Both the position numbers and the translations under genes were made by a program. From positions 40,344,851 to 40,408,850 of the forward strand of contig CM074519.1 of the NCBI GenBank assembly GCA_037379345.1: a stretch of 64,000 nucleotides of DNA. The letters are read 5' to 3'. Positions 12,269 to 26,982 of this stretch are shown piece by piece (the stretch's first letter is position 1; the number at the start of each line of letters is the position of its first letter). This DNA is from Perna viridis (Eukaryota). The notes under the pieces were generated by a model, which did not search any database, was not told where the DNA came from, and saw only the letters and a list, made by a program, of their open reading frames with translations.

Positions 12269-15200
12269 TCATAGATCAAGTAATACGGATATCACCATTG
12301 TATCGGCCGTGAGATAATCTGAAAAATGGAGTATAGAACTTATCATATATCATATACTGCAATTAAGGATGTTCGCTTGTCATGTTCGGTCTTTTTGTCA
12401 GATGTTCGCACTCTTCTGGTTTAATAAATTTCATAGCATTATTATGTTTTGCTAGTGACCCCCACTTTTCATAATTTCTTTAAACACACCTTTGAGAGTT
12501 TGTGAAATTTAAGAGACCCTTGTTATTTCTTAAGTGGTTTTAATTTATAAAACATACCAAGACAAAAGCTATGCAAAATCTAGATAAAATCCTTTTCCCA
12601 CCAAAATTTCAAACGCTTATATCTCAAAGACGAGCCCACTAACTCGTATATCTTTTTTCTTCATATATTTTTCTACCCTTTGAAATCCTTGTTATAGTGA
12701 AATAGACCAGCGAACATCCTTAGTCATAGTACATAAACCTGAAACATACAAACGTTTATGGTTTTAAACCAAACTACTTTTAAACGAAACTTATTCCGAA
12801 GAAATGAAACTTACTCAACACTTCTAAATTCCGATCATATGTTTATTAACTATTTCTTTTAGTTATTCGACAAGATTTTTTTTACTCGTTTTAAATCACA
12901 CCTTTTTAAGCGAAACGTAAATATCCATTTTCCATAACGATTCTATAAAAAGCATTTTTTTTATTTCAGTTCTTTGACAAGATATTTTTCCTCAAATAAT
13001 TATTAAGATCTCATTTTTTGATAACATTGCATCTAAATAATGGTGTATGTGTACTTATATCTACTGATTTTATTTAAGTTTACCTGTTAGAAAATCACGT
13101 GGTGTGTGATTTTTTGTATAAATGAAGGTTGGGCGTGGTCCTCTCATTTCCCATGGACAACCGTTTTCGTTATCAATTATGGCTAACCATCCATTGTCTT
13201 TTGGACATCCACCGTATGATCGACAGATGAAAAACTTTCGGCGGCCACTCCTAGATTTGATATACATATGTAGAATGGACAGATTAATATGATTTATGTT
13301 ATTTCACAAATCTAAAGGGTTCTATATTTGACTGAGTTAACAGTCTTTTCTATATCTGTTCACGTCTTATTCATGTACGACTTACATGCTCATTTTATTT
13401 GATAAAACTACAAATACCAAAATCACGACTTATATATTTATAAATATATAGGTAAATCATTGACACACATAAAGATTCAATAAAAAAGAGTACTAGTTGT
13501 TTAACAAAATGAAATATATAGTTAAAGTCTACAAAAATACAGAAGTAAAATGAAATGACAATATAGGTAGAAGGCCAAAATACATAGTTCATGTAAATAA
13601 TCCTTATACTTACCCTTGAATAGAAAAATAGTTTGAGTTGCTACATGGTGCTAAGTCATTAAAACTGCTATCAAAAAGCCTTTCTTTAGAGAACCAGTCC
13701 ATTTTGTCTGTCCCATTTCCATCAAATTTCACCCACGCAACACGTTCATTGTTTTCAAACAATTCTAACTTGACCTGTAATAGTTGTACTTAGTATCTTG
13801 CAATATACATGCGTAAATGTATTTAAGTATCATTTGGTGTAAGAATCGGACAATTGGTGGATCATCATTGATCTCAATTTGGTCTTTTTCATTTATATAC
13901 ATATATTCAAAAATCTAGAAAAAAAAATTTTAATTTACCCTGAATGATCTGTGTAATATATTTTACTGCTTATATAGGAAAAAACGTGCCGGAAAACGTT
14001 TCCGCCATTTCAATATTGCATTTTCACCTATCAATATTTGAAAGCAAACTTTACAAATACTTTGTTTGTTAAATCTGTTTATTATAAGGTAAAATACTTG
14101 GATAATGCAATAAAATATCTGCTTCTTTTCATGTGCCAAACCTAATACCGTACAGCGGGTTATTTTCGCGGAATACTAATTTGGCATTTTTTAGCGTTTA
14201 TGAAACAAATAAAATTTCGCGAAATATTTACTGTGAGCTTAAGTACGGAGTGCACCACTTAGGGTCCACCAAAAGCAACATCGACAAATATTTTAGTATA
14301 CGTTTCTGCCATAAAATTTCCAAAATTCAAACCAGTCACACGGTACACATTTTGCTTGATTCGTAGAGAAAGAGCTACACAGCTCCACAATGAAGAAACA
14401 TCAACGGTCTGTTTTAAATCTGTTTTCCTCGTGTACACATAAATGCCTACTGATATGATCAATGCAAGAAATACAGAAATAGCCATTTCAATGAATATTT
14501 TTTTATGATACTACTTTATTTCATATAGGAAAATAAGTATAAGATCATATCTTTTATTATTGAATATATTTTTCTGTGTTATTAGGATTTGTGACAAAAT
14601 CGAAGGCTTGGTTCAATATCATTATGTCGTGGGTCAGTCACAGGCCTTATCGAGACACCTTGCTCACTATGGCTTACAGAGACCATAACATTAAGAGCGT
14701 CCATGCAAAAACAAGGTGGTAGAGGCACATGCCAAACTTTGTCTAAACAAATTTTCATCCATTTCATACAACAAATGCATCATTTCTCAAAGTTGAATGT
14801 TGGTTTTTGAATAACTGCAGTTGTAAAATAGAAATAGATTACAAGATGAAAAATGAAATTTTGTGCAAAATTAGGTTGCTTTCTTAGGGAACTTTAACAT
14901 CATTTTATAAACAATATGTTTTTGAAAAAAAATACTTTTACTATTTGAGATACATATTATACACACATTACATTGCAACAAAAAATTCAGTGGGATGAAA
15001 TTTACCATGTGCTACCCATATTATAGGAACTGCCTGGTTTCCACATGTACAAACTCTTAACAGAATAACTTTAACTTTAAACATATAAGTCCCTTCTTTA
15101 CTTTAACTATTTTTTAATTATCCACCTGTTTGACATCAGTCCAATGGTCTATGAAATGATTCCTAAGATGATTTTGTCCTTGATTCTGACCAATAAGTGT

Positions 15201-15818
15201 TGGTATATCATTGCTCATTGACGGTCCGACCCATGCGTTGTATACCGATTGTCCGTTACCAGCATAAGCTACAAACACTGGGAAGTACACTGGAAATTAA
15301 CGAATGATGAATAAGATATAATCTTAACATTTTGATGGTCTAAAATCGCATGCTGTGGTAATGGTACAGTAACATAAATGGTTGAACTTTACCACTTATG
15401 TCAATAGAATAATTCACAATCTCTCTTGACTTCAGTTTGAAATTTCTACTTTTGTCCATCATGAATAAAAAATGAATATTTCAAAGTCTTGATTTTAAAA
15501 TTTATTTGAATCACATGTGATGCATTCGTAATTTTAAAATAAAATAAAGGCAGTAAGAATTGTAAAGGAGTGCAAATTAAAGTACACTTTTTATTATCAA
15601 TATTTTTTAATAAATATCTACCTTGTCTATTTACTTCTTATGCAATACGAAATCCAAAAACAAGAAACGTAAAACTTAAAGGTTATTAGATGAGCGGCCA
15701 GCATATATAACAATATGTAGAAGTTAATCAAGCTATAATACGAGCTATGGAAAAAGTTATACTTACAGTCACAAACAACTAAATCCAAAAACAAGAATTG
15801 CAACGCTAAGAAGTTCAT
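12269..15818 (-). CDS. Secreted uncharacterised single-domain protein, paralogue A (5 exons, 197 aa)
   Basis: Exons 15818-15767 (signal peptide MNFLALQFLFLDLVVCD), 15289-15126, 13774-13614, 13250-13084 and 12318-12269. All introns are GT-AG with compatible phases (1,0,2,1), the ORF is open to TGA, and AATAAA lies at 12248-12243. Core: YFPVFVAYAGNGQSVYNAW...HLRNHFIDHW...VKLELF...FDGNGTDKMDWFSKERL...YFSIQG...RKFFICRSYGGCPKDNGW...CPWE...ADTMVISVLLDL. Confidence 0.9.
12367..12719. mobile_element. MITE with TIRs, TTAA-type target (Kolobok/piggyBac-like), in the last intron of paralogue A
   Basis: TTAA|GGATGTTCGCT ... AGCGAACATCC|TTAG. Confidence 0.65.
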
Positions 15819-17543
15819 TGTTGATGACCAGTCAGTATAAATTACCCTGCTGTCAAGACTTAAAACGGAAAATCTGTTGGCGCTGTTTCAAAAATATTTA
15901 CGTTTCACATGTTTCCTTACATGTTCGAAAAATGGCGATTTATTTTACATAGTATAATTTGTTAAGAGGGACAAGTATCAATATTTCTAATACATGTAGT
16001 TATCATATAAAGACAAAATCAAAACATAAATCATTTATTAATGTTGTAAATTCCGGTATGCTGTAAATTCCGGTATGCTGAACATGTGTTTCAAAAAGCA
16101 GTACCTTATCAGTAGCATGAGAACTAAATACATGGCAAAAATTAATTGTATTCAAAAAGTACTCAAAACAAAAACAAAATATTGAAATAGGAGAGAGAAG
16201 ATATACAATGTGCAATACAAGGACTGGAATTTCGATGTTTTGAGTTTTGTGGTACTGTAAAGATCATTATATCATTTATGGCAAGTATGATAAATACAAT
16301 GGGCTAATAAATACACTCAGCAGCTTTGGACCACTAGCAATGGCATCAACGACGCGGCTTTTAAATACACAAATATCAATAATATAAATGTTGCAATTTT
16401 CTGTGCGCAACTCACGTGTTTCAATGGTAACATCGTCTCAATAGCAGAAGAACTAAAAGCAAAGCAAAATATATTGTAAACAAAAAGTACTCAAACAAAA
16501 GACAACATGGAAATGAGTAGTCATTCCCAGACCCGAGAAGTTGTACAATGTTCGTTACATGGCTTTCCATGTGGGCTTAGGTTTAAACGTGGATCATGTT
16601 GTTTTAAGTTTAGTGAATATTAACCTAATGATTGTCATTTTCAAAATAAAAAAAATCTTTTGTTTACTGATTTTAGGTATTTATAATCCAATACTTCTGT
16701 TTGAAACATATCGCATTAGAGTCATAACCGAATTGATATCAATATGTTGACGTAGATGGGCATACGTTGTTAGTGATTTTGGATGTTGTCCAATATCAAC
16801 TTATTTTTCATTGAAGGTTTTTTTCATATAGATAATGATATTATTTTCATCGCCTCGACGTGCTTGCCTTCTTTGTTTTCTGTAGTTCAATTGTTTTTCA
16901 GTAAGATGTCGATAATAACAGCGGCTCAGCTGATAGCAATATTCTTACTCAATGTTGATTTTTTGACATGGTCTCATTAAAATTACTGGCAAATTTCGCC
17001 GATTTAGGAATATTTTTTTCTAATATCTTAATCTTGCTTTTTGCAATTGATTGCAAGAGTTGCTTTGATTCCTATTCCATATAATTATGACTACACATTT
17101 TCCGTGTCAGACTCTGACAAACTTTGGCTTTTTAACATTCAATATCTAGACGACATATATTATTATTTTATGGGTTCACTGAAGTCATAGTGGGTCAACT
17201 GGACTAATAAAGTAAAAATAATAGCTTTTCCTTTCCTGGTTTCATCGTTCCATCTTATAACGAGCACTTTACAGATTACATACAAACGATCAACTAACTT
17301 AATGCACAAACAATATTCTTCCTTCTTGTGTTGTCAAATTCCTAATCGCTTCAATAGCTACTGTTCAATACAAACGTGTAATTCTAGTAACATATATTCC
17401 GGTTTGGTTGTAGTTGATTTTTCTTTTTTTCCCCAAAAAGACTTGGTCTATATAAGCTTCAGGATAAAAAAAAGTAACCAAAATTACACTGTTTATTTAT
17501 TGTATCATTTATTAAGAATAACTACTTGACCCACTTCATCTCT

Positions 17544-20500
17544 TCAAATGTCAAGTAAGACTGATACCACAATTGTATCCGCTGTGAGTGAGTCTGTAAA
17601 GTAAATCACATTTGTAATGTGATAAGTATTTCTGTTGACATTTTTAGTATGATAGTTTGAGCTAATACAGTATCATTGAGATGGCTGCTATTTTATAATA
17701 AATAAATAAAATATAAGAAGGTGATAGAGCAGTTTCTAAACCCGAGAAAATTGTTGTCCCACCGAGGCATAGCCGAGGGTTACAATGTGTTTTCAAGGGG
17801 TAACAAACTCTCTATTACCCTTGAATTTATATGTTACTAAAATGAATGTTCCATTGTCGCTTATTTCAAAGGGAGCATGTTTGTGTAACTTCTGTCTTAT
17901 TTTTCTCATTAAAATTGTTTTACTTTCATTCAAGTTTGCAATAATGTGAAGTTGTAAACGTCAACTGTGGATCACACTCCATTTTTATATTTATTAAATC
18001 AATGCTTCGAGGTGGACCTCTTCTCTGGTCACTGACATAAATGTTATTTGTTATTGTTTTTTTTTATTTGTGCTGTTTTTGAGTGTTCGTTTGTTTGTTA
18101 TTTTTTTTCTTTTTGTCTTGTTGTTTTTCTGTATAAAGTTGTTTACCTTAGATCTTTACAAGGAAGCATCAACAACAACAACAAAACAAAACAAAACAAA
18201 AATGATTAAGAATGCACTGTATGGACATGTAACAACAATATCATAAATTATCATTTGAACACTTTCATTTCAAGATCCAACCTTAGTCACTTTTTAATTT
18301 GACAATACAATTAGAAATGTTGGATTGCAGGTTCGTAGTATATTGGGTATCATAAGTAAAAACAATACGTCTATTAATCGATCTTATCATATTTATTTGT
18401 AAGGACGTTGCTCATATTACTTCTCCTTCAAACGTAAAATTGACTAAGATTGAACTGGTACCTAATTTTACCTGTACGCTTTTTACGAGTGGGTAATAGA
18501 CAAAAAACTATCAGACTTTCAGCCATTTGATATTAACGTCGTATTCAATCAAAATTCATCAAATTGATACGAAGTATTATAAACATATTTATTTTACGTA
18601 TATAAGATCAAAAACTGGAGTTTTGATATTAATAATAATGAAAACCACAAGTTACATGTTAACATCATTTTCGCAACATGTTGTTACTTACATAAAATTA
18701 CCTAATTATTGAATCGTTACAGAGTTATCCATATTCGGAATGTGGTATCAATCGCCACTACTGAGTGATGTAGTAAATGACATCATTTTTTTCTTATATT
18801 CCTAATTATATAGTATTATTCATACCTGTATCGTATTTACGTGGTGTGTTGTTTATCGTATAAATAAAACTAGGAGGTGCTCCACGTTTCTCCCATGGAC
18901 AATGCTGGTGTTTGTCAGCAATACAAAACCACCCCGCGTCTTCGGCGCATCCGCCATATGATCGATTAATGAAGAATTTTCTATCCAAAGGATTACTTCC
19001 TGCCCTGGCCTCTCTACAAACAAATTTAATTACTATTTAGGCTTTTGTAGTAAAACCAATAATAACAAGGAAACAAATACAACATAGGAAAAGGAGAAAA
19101 TCCTGAATCTTCCGTATAAAATATCGAGGGCAGCAAAGGGAAACTGTCATTGATTTTCTTGAAACATTAAAACATTCAAATATGACCAGTGGTTTGTTTA
19201 TGCAAGTCAGCAAATTGATAAGAGAAACTACCGTATTTTAATACGTCCTGTGTTTTACGCACCATTTTTATCGGTAAATGGTAATTTTTTGCGAAAAGGA
19301 TGTTAGCTTGTAACTTGTGGTTTTCAATATCGTTGGAAAAATTCGATTTTTTTTAATTATTTTTTTAATCATGAATCAAGCTGGCTATATATTGAACTGA
19401 ATCATTATCAAAATATTTTATATTTTTTTTCTAATCAAGCTGTACATGTTTATCCTTAAGGTGCAAATTTTAGATTGTGTAGGAATAATGCACAATGGAG
19501 CATATAAATTGTCACGGGATATAAGCTTTTTTTTCTGTAATAATACATACAATTAATTTTTTTTTCAGTTTTTTATTTGGTTTCTATCCATAATCAGATT
19601 TCCTGGTGGTCATTTCAATCCCCTTGGCCGTTCCACACATGCCATATTTTACAGTTCGTAAAAATATCAGCAGAGAAAACCCAAACAAGAGACAAACCTA
19701 AGCTTGTTATTTTACAGAGTTCATATTCAATCATTATTCAATGGTCATTATACATGTGAAAATTCTCAAGCTAATATTAAATATGTAATACCGTAGAATC
19801 TCGTTAATCTCGATACTTGTCAATTGGACAAATTTCAGTTTTACAAAATAAAGGGTAAACTTAGATGACATACCATGTGAATGCAATTTTACATAAATCA
19901 CAGAAAAAAAAGACGGAAGAGAGAGTCAAATGCGTAAACCACACGCCTGGGATTAGATATAATTAACGGGATACCCTGTTGTTTTATTAGTCTCAGCAAA
20001 CGCTAGGACGCTAAGAATTCTATTTATATTTTTTTAATAATTAGGTCATGAACTGTCAATACATCTGAAGCGCAAGATGTCTGTTATTGGAGATCTATCT
20101 GACCCAAATTTACTATTAATAGTTAACAAATATCATGGGTTTTATTTTATAATAGTCTACTTAAATCTTTCCAAAAAATAATTATCAGCAATATTAACAC
20201 AAGCACCTCAATCCGAGCCTATCGCGCATTAATACAATTGTTTAAAAAATGTCAATGAACACTTTAAATGCTTAGTTGCGTGGAAAGATCCATCAAGTTA
20301 TAATTTTTATCATTTCTCTAAAATCGATTAATTGTAAATACAATGTTTATTTGTGATTATGATCATATTTCAATGCGCACTATATATTTCCGCATGTAAC
20401 GATTTTGAGTTCGAACCTAAAAACAATTATAAAGCATGCATAGATATCTATGCAAAGATTAAAATAAAAACAGAAGTTATGAATTTAAATGGTTTCGTTA

Positions 20501-23500
20501 CATATATAAGCTCTCTATTTAAAATCGAATTTTGATTATTGTAAATCTAAGTTTTTATCAGATTTCTTCGTAAATGATGTAAACATGTTTGTATATATAA
20601 TTTCCGAAGCCAAGCTTGAACACGAAAACAAATTAACTTTTATTTCTTTATGATTTAAACATATCATGTGATACCTGTCATTGATATAAAATATGTTCCT
20701 AACTTTGTTATAGTTTTTGTGTGTTATGGTTGTGTTTATGCCTTAACATAATCATTTAACCTACCCTTCAAGAGAGAAATAATTAAAGGTGCTACAAGGT
20801 GCCAAGTCATTAAAGCTACTGTCTTCAAGGTTCTCCTTTGAAAACCAGCTTAGATTGTCCGTTCCATTACCATTGAACTTAAGCCACATTACTCTTTCGT
20901 TATTGTTAAATAATTCCAGTTTTACCTAAACATACACAAGATATTTGAACATATGAACATATGCTAGCATTTTCAATGTAATACACTAGTCACAAAACTG
21001 GGATGTTGACTAAAACTTTCGATGCTTTTATATGCATCACAATTTGAGAAAATGCTTATCTGGTATCTTCAAGTTTTCGCGAATCTTTCGCCATTACCTT
21101 GAATCCAGTGTCGACTACTGTATTGTGTTCGACAGCTGTGATCAAAGAAGGCTACTAAAGGGTAGAGCATCGGATGAGTACCTTGGTTCGTTTGCCTATT
21201 GTCAACATTCTATGAAACCTTTATGAATCTTTTTCGAAGAGATTCAAGACAACCACTGTGTAATTGACGCTCTGATCCAGTTATTGTTTTTGTCTAAAGT
21301 GGTTCACAAGCCCCCGTAAAAATGAGTTTGAAAATGATTAAAAGGGCTGCGACTTGAACGTCACTTAAACCTATAAGTTCAATTAAAACTACACATTCAT
21401 GCTCATTTTAGCTTTTCAAGTTCACCCTTTTCAAGGATAAACATCAATCACTTTTTGTTTACCTGTATATGTGTCTTAGAAATTACCTTTCTTTGATCCT
21501 TGACACCTACCCCAGGTAAATTACACAGAATACAAAGGACGTCGATTTGACGTAATTGCAGAAATCCGAAAGAACAAATCTTGACGTTAAAAATCAGGTA
21601 TATCAATTACCGATAGTAACAGAGTTTTTTTTGTAACTAGAGTACTGTATATAAAATAGAGTACATGTATATAAAATAGAGTACATGTATATTAAGATTA
21701 CAATAAAGGCTTTCTCTCGACGTAAGGAATTTTCCAACAAGAGTAAAGAATACATATAAGTATACGGTTTTATCAAGCCAGTTTTTCCTATCCTGAGCTA
21801 TATTAGCCTATTTGCAAATATCATCCCTCAGCTTACCTAAAAAATTCCTTTCAGGTCATTGAACAAAGTGACACTTTTTAATATTCTCCGTTACTAACAA
21901 ATTTCCGGAAATCATCAAAAAGAAATATATTGGCTTCATAACCATCTCAAACCATGGTTTGCCTTTTACCTGTTTAACGCCTGTCCAGTGATCTATGAAA
22001 TGATTCCTAAGATGGTTCTGTCTTTTGTTCTGACCAAGTATTCTCGGTATATCATTTCTCATTGATGGTCCAATCCAAGCTTCATAAACAGATTCCTTGT
22101 TGCCAGCAAATCCAACAAATACTGGAAAGTAAACTGAAAACAGATTATACATTTACTAAAATCAAGTTTGTTTGCAAAGTTAGTCCATCAAGTAAGGGTA
22201 ACAACAAAATTACCGAACACCAGTCCGATCCATAATCAAGTCAGGTCCAAAATAAATCTGACAAAAAAGATATTACATCACCGGAGTAACAATCAATCAG
22301 TTTGATATTTTTTCTTTATTATAATATTACAACATCGAATGTTCAGAATTTATGCATATATATGAGGGATTTACTTTTATTTTGAAAAAAGCATTCCCAA
22401 AAATTAATTATTTCAGAACATCACAAATGCTAGAGGAGATTCAACAGGAAGAAATATCAATTCACTTAAACGTATAAATTCATTTTTGTGCACCTGTCAT
22501 GACACTATTTAAAAGAATGAGTTTTTCTCGTTTTCCTCGGAGTCTGGAAATGTAGATTTTGTACAGTCTTTTTCATGTGCCAAAATGGCAGTTAACAATC
22601 CTACAAAAAGGTTGACATCCGTATTTTTTTTTACATTGACAGCAATGGCAAATGGCAAATGTCTCTTTAGAATGTCCATTATATACTTGTTTAATTCACT
22701 GTGAGTAAGGTATCATTGTAATAAAAAATATGTTTACAGTTTTTAGAGTCCGAGTTGCTCATTTGCTTTTGTTACTTTGTATGTATGGTTTAGTTACTTT
22801 ATGTTCTTTGTTGTGTATGTCTGTTTTCTATGTCTGGTCTTTGTCCCTGGCTGGATTACATTCTTTTGTTTACTGCTATAACCTTGGTTTCCTTGATTAC
22901 TCTTACACAAAGGAAACTATTGTAACTAAATCACAAAGAAAAGATTTATTTTAAAAATCACAACAAAACAAATTTTTGCCATTCGAAGTTTGGCAAAATC
23001 ACATTAGAACATTTAAATTGATCTATGCAAAGAAAAAAGAAGGCCTATCGACAGATATAAGTTTAGGGATTATTAGAAACGGTCGGAAGCTAGAGACCTA
23101 TCAAACCATCAATGTAAAGAATTAATAAACCGTTCGGAAGTTTTAAGTAGATTATTGCATATTTGCTGACAGATGGGTTGTGCTATAAACACAATTCTTT
23201 TTTTTTTTTTTTTTTTTTTTTTTTGAATTTTTTCTGTTTCGTTGAAGATCTTGTCAGAATGTTAAGAGTAGTGCTTTTATGGAATAATTTGAAACTTTGT
23301 AAATGGCTAGCATTGCATGGAAAAGATCATTAAATTATGAAAATTGTTATGGTAGTATTAATTAGGAAGCTCTACCTCATAATGCAAAAATATGCTTAAC
23401 TGCACGTAATAGCTCTACATTGACTACAAAAAATTTACTGTATCATATCACTATTTTGATCATGTCATTGATTTTGATGAATCCTGGTAACGATCCCAAG

Positions 23501-23648
23501 CTTCATATTGGTCACTGTAAGGTTGAACAAGTTGAAGCCTACCTAAATCGTAGTTGATCAATGTGTTTCCGACATTATCATATAATAATTTCTTACCATC
23601 GCATAAAACATATTGAAATAACAACGCTTGTAATCCTAAACTTATCAT
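17544..23648 (-). CDS. Secreted uncharacterised single-domain protein, paralogue B (5 exons, 204 aa)
   Basis: Exons 23648-23597 (MISLGLQALLFQYVLCD), 22133-21970, 20925-20765, 19013-18826 and 17593-17544. Exon lengths match paralogue A (52,164,161,x,50) and phases are identical. About 70% identical by hand alignment; AATAAA at ~17497-17492. Confidence 0.9.
22740..22905 (+). mobile_element. Penelope-like element 3' tail fragment (intron 1 of paralogue B)
   Basis: GAGTCCGAGTTGCTCATTTGCTTTTGTTACTTTG...ATAACCTTGGTTTCCTTGATTACTCT. Confidence 0.75.
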
Positions 23649-24007
23649 TTGAGCAAGTTTGAACACAAACTACAATACATGTATTAGTAATATCGTAGTA
23701 ATGACTAATGATTGTGCTTGGTATTGATAAAACGTTGTTTACACGTCAAAATAGACGATCGGAAATAATACTCGCAACACCGCGTTCTTTGCGTTCCTTA
23801 TTAAACACAACTATTTCAATCACGTCAAGTATGAAAGTATTTTGCCTTAGATAATCGATTAAACTCACTCCGACCTTTGACAATTTTTTCTTAACTATTA
23901 TAGAGAGATATAGAGCTAGCGATAGACGTTGTTTTGTAAAATATTGGCTTTTATGTTTATTCTTTGAAAGATTCATATGAATTCTCCAATTATCATATTA
24001 TCATATT

Positions 24008-24312
24008 TACCTATTCCTTCACTCTTATGAGGCTGACTTTATAGCTGATCTGATCCGAAAGAAAGAGTATCGTTTTGATAGATCCTTCAATCTCAGTTTC
24101 CGCTATATAGATGACGTATTATCTTTAAACAATCCTAATTTCGGGGATTTGATACATTGCATCTACCCCAAAGAACTTGGTCTATTCCAGATTTGACTGT
24201 TTATCAGCAACTATTTCTAGAAAAGCAGAGGACGCTTACCCTATTGGTGCACCTGGTTTAAGTTGCTTTGTATATATTATTTTGGTTATTCTATGTTCTT
24301 GTTTTGTGTGAA
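24008..24312 (+). mobile_element. Penelope-like RT fragment joined to 3' tail
   Basis: Encodes LFLHSYEADFIADLIRKKEYRFDRSFNLSFRYIDDVLSLNNPNFGDLIHCIYPKEL (catalytic YIDD), then jumps to tail sequence. Confidence 0.8.
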
Positions 24313-24834
24313 CGACAAAGTTGAACATCTTACAACAACAAAAAGCGTCATATATAAATGTTAATGATTTAAAATTTATCTTCATGTATGTACGTATGTA
24401 GCGTTTTAGATTTTAGTTAACACATTCTAGATATTGCTACAAAATGTATGTAAAAGCCATTCCAACTTCACATATACAATGCTTGCTAGATCATAGCCTG
24501 AATTATCGACAATCACTTAATCAATCCTATATTACTTAGTTGTTGCACCAAAAATACAGATTTTGATTTCTCCTTTTGTAGAAACTACCTTATCTTAAAA
24601 AAAACACATATAGACTGCGTTCCGTTTCTTGGTCTGCAGAATGTAGTATCACATTTTCTAACCTACATATTTTGTTTAGACAACTATGATAAATGGCCTC
24701 TTAAATCAATGTTTTATTTGATATGATTAAAAATTACTTTGTGAAAGATTGCTCTAAGCCGAATGACAAAAAAACATTTGCTGAAACTATATTTAGAGAA
24801 TAGTGGACTTATGGAATCAAACAATTCCGAATTT

Positions 24835-25195
24835 TCTAATTACACAGAAGAAGATATCAAAATGCTTGAATTTATGACCGATTATATTTATTTTTATGTG
24901 TTTTTCAACAGACGATAGGCAGTCCAAAGGGAACAAATTGTGCCATGCTACCCGCTGGCTTATTCCTAATCTTAGAGGACATTGGAAAGCGGAAAATGAT
25001 GACCCAACTGAACGACAGAGACAGTGATTTTTCATTCCGTATCTACCTACCTTTCATCTGTGGCAACATCCCTTCAGCATGAATTTAACGTATTTTTATA
25101 CCATTACTCAAACTTAGATTGGTGAAACTACGCGGACTACAACACTGGTCTTCTTATGATTAAGCTGTTGGAACAGGGTTATAAATGATTGGAGA
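24835..25195 (+). mobile_element. Highly decayed Penelope-like RT fragment
   Basis: Remnants of DIKMLEF-DNI, VFQQTIGxPxGTNCA and PFICGNIPSA. Confidence 0.55.
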
Positions 25196-25489
25196 TGTGG
25201 CATGATTACCAGTGATATAGTCATCCACCAAATACCTAGCATTATACAACTAAACTTCATCATCAAATATTTATTTTCAAGAAAGAATTGAGTAAACACA
25301 AATTATGTTTACAAAAACCTTATCAATTTAAACTGAGATTTAATCATAATGATATAGGAATAAAAGTGCTTTTAAAGGAGCACAATGTGTGCCCATCTGA
25401 ATTCCTACAACATGCCGATAAACTTTATCACCGATATTGCTCAATGTGTGAATTCATCACTACAAACGTTCTATGGCCGTTAAGAAATC

Positions 25490-26982
25490 AATTCATGAAT
25501 TATATCCAATGTTTATCATCAGAGGTAGACGTAAAAAATAAAAGCAGTAATAAGAACTATACTGCTATCACAGTCTCTAAAGACGATATCGTGAAAAACC
25601 ATAAATCTGTGATGTCCTCTTTTGGTCTTTCTACCAAAGACGATTATTGTGATATACCGTCTATGCACTGGATTCCTAAACTCTACAAGAATCCATGCAA
25701 ACAAGGCTACATAGCGGGATCTACAAAATGTTCCATCAAACCGTTTTCAAAACTTTAAAATTCTATACTCACAGCTGTATAAGATAGTCTCCAGTTCTTC
25801 CACGACACTTGTTACTCTAGTAGTGGTATTAATTCAATATAAATCTTGATAAACTCGAAAGATCCTCTAGAATTCCTGGATTCAAGACTGTTATCAGAAT
25901 ATCATAGCATTAAAACCTCTGATTTTTCAACACTGTATACTTCTATTCCCCATACTCAGTTAAATTCTGTCGATCTCAAAAACATCGTTGTTTTTCAGCA
26001 AAAAGATGGTGACACCTAGATACAAATATATAGTTCTTTGTAGAGATTCCTCATACTTTGTAAAAACAATACTTCCATATCATCTTCCAAAATTGCAAAA
26101 GGGAAGTTTTAAAATGCTGGAATTTTTTATCGACAACATATCTGTCCAGAGTGTTGATTGCGTTTTTCAAGAAACGGTCGGCATTCCAATTGGAACAGTT
26201 TGTGCTCCTATACTTGCTGACCTATTCCTTCACTGTTATTAGGCTGACGTTATAGCTGATCTGATTCGAAAGGAAGGACATCGTTTAGCTAGATCCTTTA
26301 ATTTCAGTTTCCGCTATATAGATGACGTATTATCGTTAAACAATCCTAGTTTCGTGGATTTGATACATCGCATCTAATCCAAAGATCTTGAAATAAAGGA
26401 TACTACAGACACTGTGAAATCAGCCTCATATCTTGACCTACACTTAGAAATGGTAAGGGAAAAACTATTGACAAAACTTTACGACAAACGTGATGAATTT
26501 TCGTTCAGAATAGTCAACTTTCCTTTTATCTGTAGCAACATCCCTTCAGCACCTGCGTATGGAGTTTTTTTTTTTTGTCACAACTCATACTCTATGCCAG
26601 AGCCTGTCGTAACTACGCAGACATTGTGTATTGCGCTAGACTTTTACAATTAGGCTTCTGGAAAGCTATGTTGCTACAAGATTGAATTCCTCACTACAGA
26701 AGTTTTATGGTGGTAATCATGAAGTCGTGAATCGTTACGGTGTATCAATTTGCACCATGAAAACCTATTTGTTCAACGTGTCATAGTTTTCCCCCTATTT
26801 CGTCTACCCTTGATTCGACTTTTTATGAGCAACATGGCGGGTGTTTATAGAGAAGAACAGGACGCTTACCCTACTGGTGCACCTGATCCATGCTCCCATT
26901 TTTAGTTGAGTCCATGTTACTCATTTACCTTTGTTACTTTGTATGTATTATTTTAGTTACTTTTGTTCTTGTGTTTGTCTGT
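25490..26982 (+). mobile_element. Penelope-like retroelement (RT at C-terminus, Naiad-type), 5'-truncated, frameshifted
   Basis: RT motifs across frames: HWIPKLYKNP...IAGSTKCS, DFSTLYTSIPH, GIPIGTVCAPILADLFL, FRYIDD, SYLDLHL, KLYDKRDEFSFRIVNFPF, PAYGVF. The ORF ends right after the RT thumb with no C-terminal GIY-YIG, consistent with the N-terminal-endonuclease clade. Multiple stops. Confidence 0.88.

Noticed and set aside
22730-22954. Hydrophobic small ORFs as membrane peptides (also 35326-35750, 54557-54787)
   Set aside because: They translate the T-rich non-coding 3' tail of the Penelope-like family.
25288-26653. ORFs 25288-25758, 25988-26242 and 26414-26653 as host genes or an active RT
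   Set aside because: They are fragments of one broken retroelement. The stops seen are mostly TAA/TAG, so there is no support for Sec-recoded Naiads either.
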